Source: Nitrospira sp. (lineage in GTDB: Bacteria > Nitrospirota > Nitrospiria > Nitrospirales > Nitrospiraceae). Taken from it: DNA of 32,000 nucleotides. The notes below the pieces were generated by a model. It was not told the DNA's origin. It did not search any database and saw only the letters and a program-made list of their open reading frames with translations. Positions 8,046 through 17,226 of this stretch are shown here, one piece after another; the stretch's first letter is position 1, and each line of letters starts with the position of its first letter. The position numbers and the translations under genes are program-made. The stretch spans positions 1-32,000 of the forward strand of contig VOPT01000044.1 of NCBI GenBank assembly GCA_009594865.1, read 5' to 3'.

Positions 8046-9596
8046 ATGATAGAGGGTAGTAAAGATGCCCATGGGGGCGAGTGCCCGCGAGGTGCTCTTG
8101 CGTACTGGTCCACGCAAGAGATTGCGATACGGTTGTTTTTGACGTGCTGGATCATTTTCGCGCTTCACTTTTCAACGAATATCGTCCGGGAGATTTATCT
8201 CACGTTGACGATCGGTGACCATGCGTCGTTTCGAGTCGATGAATATGCCGGACTACATCCCGATCTTTTTGAAAAGCCGGGTTATGGGTGGCATATAGGA
8301 AGCAATCCAGGTGTGTCGATGGTAGCGGCTGTGCCCTATGCGATCGTTAGGCCGATCATCGATGCCATCGTGCAGCACGTACGAGTGAGGCGAGAGCAGA
8401 ATCAGCAGAATCCGCCTGCATACGACTCGCCCTGGCCCATGGCCAGGAGATTTTACGAAGAATCGTGGAAGCGTGGGTACGACGTCAAATTCGCGTTGGG
8501 CAGTCTCGTAATGCAGGTGCTGTGCATGGCGCCGAGTTCGGCCCTGGGCGTGGTCGCTATGTTTCTCGTTCTTCGACGGCTGCTTGTTTCTCGAAGAGCC
8601 GCCCTATGGCTTGCGTTCTTGTACGCCTTCGGCACACCCGTCTTTTATCGGACCGGGTATCTGAATCACAATCTCATGTTAGGGCATATTGCCTTCGGAG
8701 GATTTCTCCTTCTCTGGAATCCGTTCGAATGGTCCCGAGATAGTCGCCCGGCTCGATACGGTTGGGCGGGCGTGGCTGGCGGAACGGCATTGTTGTTTGA
8801 CTACAGCGGCGGCATTTTCCTCGTCGCGTTGTGTCTCTATGGATTGATAAAAGCCTGCGCAGAGGAGTCTTTCCAGGCTGGAATGCGCTTCTCCATTCGA
8901 TATGTGCTTGGTGCATTCGGCCCCATTTTTCTGCTGTGGTGGTATCAGGGGATGAGTTTTGGGCATCCTTTTCTTCCAGGCCAACACTGGATGCCTTCAG
9001 TTGAATGGATTGAACGCGGCTATCAAGGAGTCGGTTGGCCACAATTCGAACTGCTTTCCCTGCTGCTATTCGATTACCGCTACGGATTATTCGTCACCAG
9101 TCCGCTTATGCTGTTGGCTTTTGTGGCAATACAGCGCGCCTTCCGCGTGAAGTCAATTCTTGGGTTACGGGAATTGGGGTTTATCTTCCTCACATTCTTC
9201 GCCTTGTGGTTATTCTTTGGAGGCGTGAACTATACCAGGCTCCAATTCAACACGGGGATTCGGTACTTAAGCCCCATCTTCCCTTTTCTCTTTATTCCGC
9301 TCGCGGTCACGCTCGCTCAATGGTCGGAACGATGGGTCTTGCTCATTGGCATTGTGTCTGTCGCGCAGAACTGGGCGTTAGCGATGTATCGAGATGTTGA
9401 GCGAGGATTGGGAGTCTTGGACCCTCTTTTTCACGTTTTTGCGGGAGGGTTCCAACTCCCGCTGTTGACGACGCTCTCCCGTTTTAACGCCCAATTTGGC
9501 GACGTGTTTGTGAATGGTCCGTCTCCACTTCCGTTGTTTGCTCTGACGGGTGCGCTGTTGTATGTCATATGGCGCGCACGTTCGGAACCCATGTAA
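8046..9596 (+). CDS. Polytopic membrane protein, candidate GT-C-type glycosyltransferase (family not recognised)
   Basis: 516 aa with more than 10 hydrophobic segments. An acidic loop motif (FRVDEYAGLHPDLF) lies just after the first TM helix, as in GT-C enzymes. It sits between a membrane methyltransferase and an ArnC/GtrB-like GT2. The coding call is solid; the function is tentative. Confidence 0.55.
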   Translation: MIEGSKDAHGGECPRGALAYWSTQEIAIRLFLTCWIIFALHFSTNIVREIYLTLTIGDHASFRVDEYAGLHPDLFEKPGYGWHIGSNPGVSMVAAVPYAIVRPIIDAIVQHVRVRREQNQQNPPAYDSPWPMARRFYEESWKRGYDVKFALGSLVMQVLCMAPSSALGVVAMFLVLRRLLVSRRAALWLAFLYAFGTPVFYRTGYLNHNLMLGHIAFGGFLLLWNPFEWSRDSRPARYGWAGVAGGTALLFDYSGGIFLVALCLYGLIKACAEESFQAGMRFSIRYVLGAFGPIFLLWWYQGMSFGHPFLPGQHWMPSVEWIERGYQGVGWPQFELLSLLLFDYRYGLFVTSPLMLLAFVAIQRAFRVKSILGLRELGFIFLTFFALWLFFGGVNYTRLQFNTGIRYLSPIFPFLFIPLAVTLAQWSERWVLLIGIVSVAQNWALAMYRDVERGLGVLDPLFHVFAGGFQLPLLTTLSRFNAQFGDVFVNGPSPLPLFALTGALLYVIWRARSEPM

Positions 9597-9604
9597 CTGT
9601 CCTG

Positions 9605-10660
9605 ATGGATCGGATGGTGAGGGAGCGGTTCATGGTAGAGAGAGGGGATAAGTCCAAGGGGTCTGAGTTGGCCATCGGCGTGCTTGTGTCTGTCGTGGTG
9701 CCCGTCTACAACGAACAGGACGGCCTTCGAGAATTTTATGATCGGACGAAACGCGTGCTGCTTGGCATGGCCGGCTTCGAACATGAAATCATTTTTGTCG
9801 ACGATGGAAGTCGTGACGTCTCAGTGGAAGTCATCGCCCAATTAGTTAGGGAAGACGAGTGCGTTCGTCTCCTCAAACTCTCCCGTAATTTTGGGCATCA
9901 AATCGCAATTACTGCAGGAATCGATGCTGCACGGGGAGACGCCGTGGTTGTTATCGATGCGGACCTCCAAGACCCGCCTGAAGTCATTGAACGTTTCATC
10001 GAAAAGTGGAGGGAAGGGTTTGACGTCGTATATGGCATGCGCGAAACGCGTGATGGCGAGACCGTATTGAAAGTGTGGACGGCGTCGATTTTTTATCGGA
10101 TTTTGAAATCTCTGGTGAGTCTGGACATTCCCGTCGACGTCGGGGATTTCCGTCTCATGAGCAGGCGGGTAGTAGAGCATCTCAAGGCGATGCAGGAGCG
10201 AGACCGGTTTGTGAGGGGGTTGGTGAGTTGGATCGGATTCAGGCAGATCGGTCTCCTGTATCGCAGAGAAAAACGGTATGCGGGAGAAACTAAGTATCCC
10301 TATCGGAAAATGATTCGCTTCGCACTAGACGGAATCACGTCGTTTTCCAATATCCCGTTAAAAATGGCTACCATCATGGGGTATTTTACTTCACTGGTTG
10401 CCTTTGCCTACGCTTGTTCTGTGATCGTGCAGAAATTCATGGGATATACGGTGCAAGGCTGGGCCACAATTATGGTGGGGTTGTTGTTTCTCGGCGGGGT
10501 ACAGTTGATCTGTTTAGGGATTCTTGGTGAGTATGTCGGGCGAATATTCAACGAAACGAAGGGACGGCCGCTGTATATCGTTGATTACGAATCCTCCACA
10601 GAGCGCCTACGGTACGAGGTACCTGGTCACTCCGTGGGCGGATCGAGTTCGAAGGATTGA
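9605..10660 (+). CDS. GT2 polyprenyl-phosphate glycosyltransferase (ArnC/GtrB-like)
   Basis: Track ORF 9569..10660. Candidate starts are ATG 9569 (overlaps the upstream gene), 9605, and 9632 (after GAGGGAG). Motifs VSVVVPVYNEQ, EIIFVDDGSRD, LSRNFGHQIAITAG, VVIDADLQDPPE, and the C-terminal two-TM segment ending GILGEYVGRIFNETKGRPLY. Confidence 0.85.
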   Translation: MDRMVRERFMVERGDKSKGSELAIGVLVSVVVPVYNEQDGLREFYDRTKRVLLGMAGFEHEIIFVDDGSRDVSVEVIAQLVREDECVRLLKLSRNFGHQIAITAGIDAARGDAVVVIDADLQDPPEVIERFIEKWREGFDVVYGMRETRDGETVLKVWTASIFYRILKSLVSLDIPVDVGDFRLMSRRVVEHLKAMQERDRFVRGLVSWIGFRQIGLLYRREKRYAGETKYPYRKMIRFALDGITSFSNIPLKMATIMGYFTSLVAFAYACSVIVQKFMGYTVQGWATIMVGLLFLGGVQLICLGILGEYVGRIFNETKGRPLYIVDYESSTERLRYEVPGHSVGGSSSKD

Positions 10661-10686
10661 CGCAGCGACCACCCGCAACCGATTGA

Positions 10687-11631
10687 GTGCCAGTGGCGAT
10701 ATTTATCACCGGGGGCAATGGATTCATCGGAGCGCGGTTGCTCCGGCACCTGTTGCGTTGCACCTCTGAGCGAGTCTACTGTCTTATCCATTCTCGTGTT
10801 GAGGCCTTTGGTGCCCTCCGGTTTCCTGGCGTCCTCGACGTTATCGAAGGTGGATTGCATGATGTGGCAGCCTATGTCGACTGCCTCGCTCACTGCGATA
10901 CGGTCGTTCATCTTGCTGCGGCTACTGGCAACGTCGGTCCTCGCCGGTATCACGAAGTCAATGTTCAGGGAACTGCCCTGTTACTGGACGCGTGCCGACG
11001 AAGCGGTGTCAAGAACATCGTGTTCCTCAGCACCATTGCCGTTACGTTTGCGGATCAAGCGAAGTATCACTACGCTCAGTCTAAGCAGGAAGCCGAACAG
11101 CTCGTGCAGGCCAGTGGCCTCAATTTTCTCATCGTGCGTCCGACGATTGTGGTGGGCGCGGGAGGAAAAGCCTGGGATGGTCTGCGAAAGCTAGCCTTGC
11201 CTCCTTGTGTCGTCGTTCTCGGGGATGGAAAGCATTTCGTTCAACCCATCTATGTGAGCGATCTTGCGGCGATTCTTAGCGGCGTCATCTTGGCCAAGCA
11301 ATATCGCAATGAAACGCTAGAAGTGGGAGGCCCCGAGCGAGTATCGATTCTGGAGTTGCTCCGCCGCATTCATGTAGCGTACACGGGGAAAGAGCCTCTC
11401 GCTACCCTCACGGTTCCGTTGGGAATCCTCACGGCCATTCTGACCTTCGTTGAAACAGTGGCCGGACCAATATGGCCGCTTTCCCTTGGCCAATTGGCAA
11501 CATTTAAGAATGATGGATGCGCCGATCCTGGCAGAATGCCTGCGTCCAACGGCGCAACAACGAGCATTGCTCGCATGATGGCATTGACGATGCAGGAAGA
11601 GCGAGAGGGCCAACATGGTCCCACAGCCTAG
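10687..11631 (+). CDS. NAD(P)-dependent epimerase/dehydratase-type extended SDR
   Basis: GTG start. Rossmann motif FITGGNGFIGARL and catalytic YAQSK (Y-x3-K). Confidence 0.85.
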   Translation: MPVAIFITGGNGFIGARLLRHLLRCTSERVYCLIHSRVEAFGALRFPGVLDVIEGGLHDVAAYVDCLAHCDTVVHLAAATGNVGPRRYHEVNVQGTALLLDACRRSGVKNIVFLSTIAVTFADQAKYHYAQSKQEAEQLVQASGLNFLIVRPTIVVGAGGKAWDGLRKLALPPCVVVLGDGKHFVQPIYVSDLAAILSGVILAKQYRNETLEVGGPERVSILELLRRIHVAYTGKEPLATLTVPLGILTAILTFVETVAGPIWPLSLGQLATFKNDGCADPGRMPASNGATTSIARMMALTMQEEREGQHGPTA

Positions 11632-12067
11632 TCTGGACCGGGAGTGTCAATTGTTTAGCCAGTACCTGATCGCGCTGCGGCCGAGTGGTTATGTCTTGAG
11701 GAAATATCAAGAAGCGCATCAGCAGGGACATCCGTCCATCGGCCGACCGCTTCAATTGTTTGATGACATTCTTATGCGGCTGGCACTGAAACACGCATAC
11801 ATTTTGAGACTCGCTGATACGTATTCCTGCCTGTTCTATAAAGACGCGCTTCTTAGACGAAAGTTGGTTCTGCTTCTTGCCATACTGGAATGTTCTCCTG
11901 GGGCATTTGACCGACTTGATCGACCAGAGGTGCGGTCACGACCTGCCTTGTGCGGCCTGCTTATCCTGAAGGGGCTCGCGTTTGGGGCAATGGTCGTTCT
12001 CTCAGTTGCCATGCTGGCGCCGATACATGGCGCCTGTGAAAGCTTCCGTCATCGGTGGGATCGATGA
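11615..12067 (+). CDS. Hypothetical 150-aa protein with one C-terminal hydrophobic helix (no family recognised)
   Basis: The ORF overlaps the upstream SDR by 17 nt and the downstream flavoprotein by 13 nt, consistent with translational coupling. Hydrophobic segment LCGLLILKGLAFGAMVVLSVAMLA. Confidence 0.5.
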   Translation: MVPQPSLDRECQLFSQYLIALRPSGYVLRKYQEAHQQGHPSIGRPLQLFDDILMRLALKHAYILRLADTYSCLFYKDALLRRKLVLLLAILECSPGAFDRLDRPEVRSRPALCGLLILKGLAFGAMVVLSVAMLAPIHGACESFRHRWDR

Positions 12068-13674
12068 CACATATCACCATAGTCGGATCAGGTCCAAGTG
12101 CCGTGCATTTTGCGCTATCGGTTCTCAAAAAGGGGCATCAGGTCGTCATGGTCGATGTGGGAGAGTCGAGGCCCGATCCTGTCAGTCCGGAACAAAGCTT
12201 TAATCAGCTGAAAATGGGGTTGCGGGACCCTGCGGAATATTTCCTCGGTCGGTCATTCGAAGCAGTGACGTATCCGGGTACACCGGGAGAATACTATGGC
12301 TTTCCGCCGAATAAGCGGTATGTGTTTCTGCCGCCGCCCAATTACCATGTCGAAGCAGACGGATTTTCGCCGCTCGCGTCCTTTGCTCAAGGGGGACTTG
12401 CCGAAGCATGGACCGGGGGCGTGTACCCGTTCAATGAACATGAGTTTCGTGATTTCCCTATTGAATACTCTCAAATGCAGTCTTGTTACAGTGAAGTCGC
12501 GAAGCGTATCGGGATCTCCGGTCTGCAGGACGATTTGTCGGCATTCATGCCGATGCACGATCATATCTTGAGTCCACTCAATCTTGATGAACATTCTGAA
12601 GACCTGTTGCAAAAATATGAGCGCAAGAAGAGTTTCTTTCGTGGCCGGCTGAATTGTGTGATGGGCCGAGGACGTCTGGCCGCGATCAGTCAGCCCTGGC
12701 TACAGCGACAGGCCTGCAGCTACCGCGGGCGCTGCTTGTGGGGATGCCCGCAGGATAGTTTGTACACGCCCTCTTTGACTCTGGAGGAATGCAAGCGGTA
12801 CGAATCATTTCGCTATGCCCCTGGCCGCTATGCCAGTCATTTTCGAATCGATCAGCACGGGAGAGCCTCGCACCTCCTGGTCGATCGGCTTGACTGTGCC
12901 GGGCGAGAAGAATGGGCGCTCGACAAACTCGTGTTGGGAGCAGGTACTCTTTCAACCTCACGAATCGTCCTAGAATCCGTACGACAGCGTGACGGAACAA
13001 TTTTGACACTCACCGGCTTGATGGATAATCAACAAGTCCTCGTGCCGTTTGTCAATCTGGACTTCCTGGGTCGTGCCTACAGCGACGTGCGCTATCAGTA
13101 TCATCAGATCGCGTTCGGCCTGATCAATGACGATCCGTGTGATTATGTCCATTGCCTGCTCACTACACTCAAGTCTGCATTGGTTCACCCGTTGATTCAT
13201 CGCACACCTGCTGACATGCGGTTTGCGATTTTCCTTTTCAGGCACCTGCGCGCGGCGCTCGGATTGGTCAATGTGAATCTCAGTGACGACAGGAGGAGTA
13301 CTAACTATGTCACCTTGCAGAACGGCGACATGAAAACAGACGCGACACTCACGATCCATTATGAGCCAGGGGGGGCGCACGTGAATAAGGTTCGGCAGGC
13401 TCTGCGTCGCGTGAAGTCAGTTCTGTGGCAGTTGAATTGTGTCGTTCCTCCCGGACAGGTTCATGTGAGGCCAATGGGCGCCGGTGTCCATTATGCAGGA
13501 ACCCTCCCGATGTGCCGTGAACGGCGACCGATGGCGGTCTCGCCGAATGGCCAAAGTTACGATTTTAGGAATGTCTATATCGTGGACGGTTCGACGTTTC
13601 CTGCACTGCCTGCAAAGAATATCACGTTTACTTTGATGTCTAATGCCGTTCGCATTGCTCAGACAAATTTCTGA
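12055..13674 (+). CDS. GMC-like FAD-dependent oxidoreductase
   Basis: N-terminal dinucleotide fold ITIVGSGPSAVHFALSVLKKGHQVVMVDVG. The C-terminus NVYIVDGSTFPALPAKNITFTLMSNAVRIA resembles the GMC_oxred_C signature. Confidence 0.7.
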   Translation: MGSMTHITIVGSGPSAVHFALSVLKKGHQVVMVDVGESRPDPVSPEQSFNQLKMGLRDPAEYFLGRSFEAVTYPGTPGEYYGFPPNKRYVFLPPPNYHVEADGFSPLASFAQGGLAEAWTGGVYPFNEHEFRDFPIEYSQMQSCYSEVAKRIGISGLQDDLSAFMPMHDHILSPLNLDEHSEDLLQKYERKKSFFRGRLNCVMGRGRLAAISQPWLQRQACSYRGRCLWGCPQDSLYTPSLTLEECKRYESFRYAPGRYASHFRIDQHGRASHLLVDRLDCAGREEWALDKLVLGAGTLSTSRIVLESVRQRDGTILTLTGLMDNQQVLVPFVNLDFLGRAYSDVRYQYHQIAFGLINDDPCDYVHCLLTTLKSALVHPLIHRTPADMRFAIFLFRHLRAALGLVNVNLSDDRRSTNYVTLQNGDMKTDATLTIHYEPGGAHVNKVRQALRRVKSVLWQLNCVVPPGQVHVRPMGAGVHYAGTLPMCRERRPMAVSPNGQSYDFRNVYIVDGSTFPALPAKNITFTLMSNAVRIAQTNF

Positions 13675-13853
13675 CCGTGCTTTTGTCGGATCCGGTCAGA
13701 TCACGATGGCCGTCATAAGGACTTCATAGAGCAAGAGAACACGCCGGGGGAACTTTGTATGAGAGCACTCCACATACAGCAACAGTCGCGGGGCGTTATA
13801 GGTGTCGAGGGAAGGGGTATCGTCTGTTCGCAGGGTAGCACGGTGGGTCTCTG

Positions 13854-15287
13854 ATGACATCACCTACACGCCCGAGAGTGGTCATTTTGGGGGCTGGGCC
13901 AGCCGGTGTGGGGGCAGCCTATCGTCTCATGCGAGACAACCGCTTCGATGTCACGATCTTGGAACGGAATGAAGTCGTCGGGGGCAATGCCGGAAGTTTC
14001 GCATTGGGAGGGCTGAATGTCGATTATGGAAGCCATCGACTTCATCCCTCGTGTGATCCACAAGTCTTCAAAGATATTCGAACCCTGTTGGGGGACGATC
14101 TGCTCGAAAGGCCGAGACATGGCCGAATTCATCTCAAGGGGAGGTGGATTCATTTTCCGTTGAAACCGGCGGACCTGATGATGAGAGTCTCTCCCACGTT
14201 TGCGTTCGGCGTCGGGCTCGATCTGCTCAAAAAGATGAGAGGATTCAGGCTCGACACCGAAACGCGGGAATCCTTCGCGACGGTATTGGAAGCCGGTTTG
14301 GGAGGGACGATCTGTCGAGATTTCTACTTTCCCTATGCGAGAAAACTGTGGGGTGTCGAGCCGGATGCGCTGTCGGGCACACAGGCCAAGAGGCGTGTGC
14401 AAGCGAGTTCGCTGTCCAAAATGTTTCGCAAGATCCTGGGGATATGCCCGGGCGGACAACAGGGGAAACGAGGCGTCTTCTATTACCCTCACGGAGGGTT
14501 CGGCCAGATCACGGAGGCCTATTCGAAGGCCGCGGAAGCGGCCGGGGCGAAGATTCTGTTCCAGACGTCTGTCCGATCCCTGCAGGTGGACGGGAATAGG
14601 GTGCACACCGTCGTGGCCGAGCGTGACGGGAAGGAAATGCGTATCCAATGCGATCACGTATGGTCTACGATCCCTCTCACAGCGTTGGTGCGGTCACTCC
14701 ATCCGGCGGCACCGCTCGATGTGTTGGAGAGCGCCGGGGGGCTGACGTTCAGGTCCATGGTTCTTGTGTACATCGTGCTCGAGCAGGACCGATTCACCGA
14801 ATTTGACGCCCACTATTTTCCGGAAACATCGATCCCCGTCAGCCGGCTATCCGAACCAAAGAATTATAGCCTTCACGGTCGGTCCGGCATGACGGTTCTC
14901 TGTGCAGAGATGCCATGCTCTCTGGAGGATCCTGTATGGAACATGTCGTCGGATGAGTTGGGACAGGTGGTGTTGGATACCCTCTCGCGCCTGTCGCTTT
15001 CGGTCAAGGGACCGGTAAAGGAGGTTCTGGTTAAGAAGCTCAGCCATGCCTATCCCGTGTATCTCCAAGGATACGAGAGTCGGTTCAAGGCGATGGATGA
15101 ATATCTCGAATCGATGTCGAATCTCTTGACCTTTGGACGACAAGGGCTTTTTGCGCACGACAATACCCATCATGCCCTTTTCATGGCCTATGCGGCAGTG
15201 GATTGCCTCCACCCTGAGGGCGCGTTCGCTTGGGATCGGTGGAAACAGTATCGAGCCGTCTTCGAGACGCATGTGGTCGAGGATTAG
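13854..15287 (+). CDS. FAD-dependent oxidoreductase (Glf / amine-oxidase / protoporphyrinogen-oxidase-like superfamily)
   Basis: RVVILGAGPAGVGAAYRL...VTILERNEVVGGNAGSF...VDYGSHRLHP. The C-terminus is paralogous to the product of 1..717. Confidence 0.8.
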   Translation: MTSPTRPRVVILGAGPAGVGAAYRLMRDNRFDVTILERNEVVGGNAGSFALGGLNVDYGSHRLHPSCDPQVFKDIRTLLGDDLLERPRHGRIHLKGRWIHFPLKPADLMMRVSPTFAFGVGLDLLKKMRGFRLDTETRESFATVLEAGLGGTICRDFYFPYARKLWGVEPDALSGTQAKRRVQASSLSKMFRKILGICPGGQQGKRGVFYYPHGGFGQITEAYSKAAEAAGAKILFQTSVRSLQVDGNRVHTVVAERDGKEMRIQCDHVWSTIPLTALVRSLHPAAPLDVLESAGGLTFRSMVLVYIVLEQDRFTEFDAHYFPETSIPVSRLSEPKNYSLHGRSGMTVLCAEMPCSLEDPVWNMSSDELGQVVLDTLSRLSLSVKGPVKEVLVKKLSHAYPVYLQGYESRFKAMDEYLESMSNLLTFGRQGLFAHDNTHHALFMAYAAVDCLHPEGAFAWDRWKQYRAVFETHVVED

Positions 15288-15320
15288 CCGAGAGACAGGA
15301 TCGGGAACGAAGGGGGCTTG

Positions 15321-16334
15321 ATGGAACTACGGTTTGGGCTCATCGGATGTGGCGGCATCGGTGCGTTGCGGGCGCAGGCGTTTGCACAGCTTCCGTCACA
15401 TCGGCTCGTTGCGGTGAGCGATGCGATCGGGAGCCGCGCTGCGACCATGGGCGCAACGTACCGTTGTCAGGTGGAGGCCGAGTGGCGCGCACTGGTGCGC
15501 AGGCGGGATGTCGATGCGGTGATCGTGTCCACGCCGCCGTCGTTGCATGCCGAGATGACGATCGAAGCCCTGGAGAACGGCAAACATGTTCTCTGTGAAA
15601 AGCCCCTCGCGCGCACGTTGGAGGAATGCACCCGAATGAACCGGGCCGCCGAGCGAGGCGGACGTGTGTTGGCGACAGGGTTCAATTATCGATTCTATCC
15701 GTCCATGCTCAAAGCCAGGGAATTGTTGGACGTCGGCACGATCGGGGAACTGACCCATGTTCGCAGTTATGCAGGATATACCGCCAAGGATCACAATCAT
15801 GAATGGCTGCATGACGCGGAAGTGATGGGGGGAGGTGCCCTGCGCGATAACGGCATTCATCTTCTCGACCTCACCAGGTACTTTATGGGAGAAGTGGCAG
15901 AGGTGAAGGGGTATGCGTCGAATACGGTATGGAAATTTCGCGGGTGTGAAGATAATGGCTTTGGCTTGCTCCGAAGTCCGACGGGAGTGATCGGTACCGT
16001 TCAGGCCAGTTGGACGGAATGGCGTGGGTATCAGTTTTTGGTGGAATTGTACGGAACGCGAGGATGCATTCGGGCCTGGTGCTTCCCGACGCTGCTCCAA
16101 CTCATCCATTCGAATCAGGTCGGAGGGCCGGCCAAGAAGAAAACCTACTTTTTCCCCAAGGTGTTTTTCTTCGAGCATCTCCGGTCGTATCGTTGGGTCG
16201 TCGTCCAAAGTTTCGTGGAAGAAATGGCGGCTTTTGGCGTGGCCATCGGCGGAGGAGCCACGCATCTCGCAACTGGATACGATGGATTGGAGACGATCAG
16301 AATTGCAGAGGCCATCTGTCGTGATGGCCGTTGA
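15321..16334 (+). CDS. Gfo/Idh/MocA family NAD(P)-dependent sugar oxidoreductase
   Basis: ATG 15321, with TTG 15318 immediately upstream in frame, and a GAAGGGGG RBS. Motifs LRFGLIGCGGIG, VIVSTPPSLHAEM, HVLCEKPLA. Confidence 0.85.
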   Translation: MELRFGLIGCGGIGALRAQAFAQLPSHRLVAVSDAIGSRAATMGATYRCQVEAEWRALVRRRDVDAVIVSTPPSLHAEMTIEALENGKHVLCEKPLARTLEECTRMNRAAERGGRVLATGFNYRFYPSMLKARELLDVGTIGELTHVRSYAGYTAKDHNHEWLHDAEVMGGGALRDNGIHLLDLTRYFMGEVAEVKGYASNTVWKFRGCEDNGFGLLRSPTGVIGTVQASWTEWRGYQFLVELYGTRGCIRAWCFPTLLQLIHSNQVGGPAKKKTYFFPKVFFFEHLRSYRWVVVQSFVEEMAAFGVAIGGGATHLATGYDGLETIRIAEAICRDGR

Positions 16335-16451
16335 TCTCTGTCTCTTGCCCGAGAAGAGGAACGGTGCGCTCGGTCCGAACGGCGACGGTACCATCGCATA
16401 CAGCGGACGGATTCGGGACGTTGGATCGTCCGTGAGGGATGAGGCGGGAGA

Positions 16452-17147
16452 ATGATGATCAATTGGCGGAAGATGCATAGGGTCATGGCGGTATCGGTGG
16501 GGTTCCTCTTTCTATTGTGGATCGTGAGCGGAGTTATCATGGTGATGCCGCAGGTGAGCGTCGGTACGCTTGCTCCTGACCGCCCTATTTTTCAGCAGGA
16601 AGCTCTTCATGACTTGCGTATCTCTCCTGCAGATGCAATCAAGACGGTGAAGGGCCTGAGCCAGGGATCTGTTGCTGTCACGAATATACACTTGCGACCG
16701 CTTGCGGGGGCGATGGTGTACGAGATTTTCACCGGCAACGGAGGGTCTCACCTCATCGACGCCCGCACAGGAGCAGTGGTGACGGTGACGGAGCCGATGG
16801 CGGAGGCAATTGCTCATGCCATGATGATCGATGGAGTGAACGTCGAATCCTCGACGCTTGTGAGTGCGTACGGCACCGACTATATGTCCGGACCCCTTCC
16901 GGTGTATCGCATCCAAATGTCTGATCCATCGGCATCGGTCGTGTACGTCTCCGCGCGTAACGGGGACAGTCGATATACCAATCGTTGGATCAAGATTCGA
17001 GCGGGGCTCGAAGGACTTCATAGCTTTGATCCTATCGAGTGGATCACCGGTTCAAGTCTCCTCCGCAAAGGCCTCCTGCTCCTTGTCGGTCTGATCGGCG
17101 GAGTCGTTGCCCTCACCGGATACGCACTGGCGCTCCGCAGAGTTTGA
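16452..17147 (+). CDS. PepSY-domain membrane protein (N- and C-terminal TM helices)
   Basis: The N-terminus WRKMHRVMAVSVGFLFLLWIVSGVIM is typical of PepSY-associated TM helices. A periplasmic middle part follows, then a C-terminal helix GLLLLVGLIGGVVALTGYALAL. Confidence 0.7.
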   Translation: MMINWRKMHRVMAVSVGFLFLLWIVSGVIMVMPQVSVGTLAPDRPIFQQEALHDLRISPADAIKTVKGLSQGSVAVTNIHLRPLAGAMVYEIFTGNGGSHLIDARTGAVVTVTEPMAEAIAHAMMIDGVNVESSTLVSAYGTDYMSGPLPVYRIQMSDPSASVVYVSARNGDSRYTNRWIKIRAGLEGLHSFDPIEWITGSSLLRKGLLLLVGLIGGVVALTGYALALRRV

Positions 17148-17226
17148 ACCGCGCGCGTCACGAGCGGGGGCCCCGATTTGCGCAGGATGGTTGCATCCTA
17201 TCGTCTCAGCGTTCAGGTGGTGCGTT

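Noticed and set aside
13671-13699. Inverted repeat CTGACCG...CGGTCAG overlapping the GMC gene stop, considered as an intrinsic terminator
   Set aside because: It has only a 7-bp stem with a 15-nt loop and no downstream T-tract, which is too weak to call. The 179-bp gap that follows may still hold a promoter, but I could not identify convincing -35/-10 elements.
13860-14657. 265-aa minus-strand ORF. Similar long antisense ORFs lie at 26980..27756, 19087..19800, 18500..19102, 6143..6727, 2158..2754 and 27717..28286.
   Set aside because: All are antisense to + strand genes with strong family signatures. They have biased low-complexity composition, no RBS or start context, and no recognisable domains.
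15396-16478. 360-aa ORF on the minus strand, the longest antisense ORF in the window
   Set aside because: It lies exactly antisense to the Gfo/Idh/MocA gene, which has clear family motifs (GLIGCGGIG, EKPLA). The antisense product is Arg/Ser/Pro/His-rich with no motif. This is the usual shadow ORF of a GC-rich coding region.
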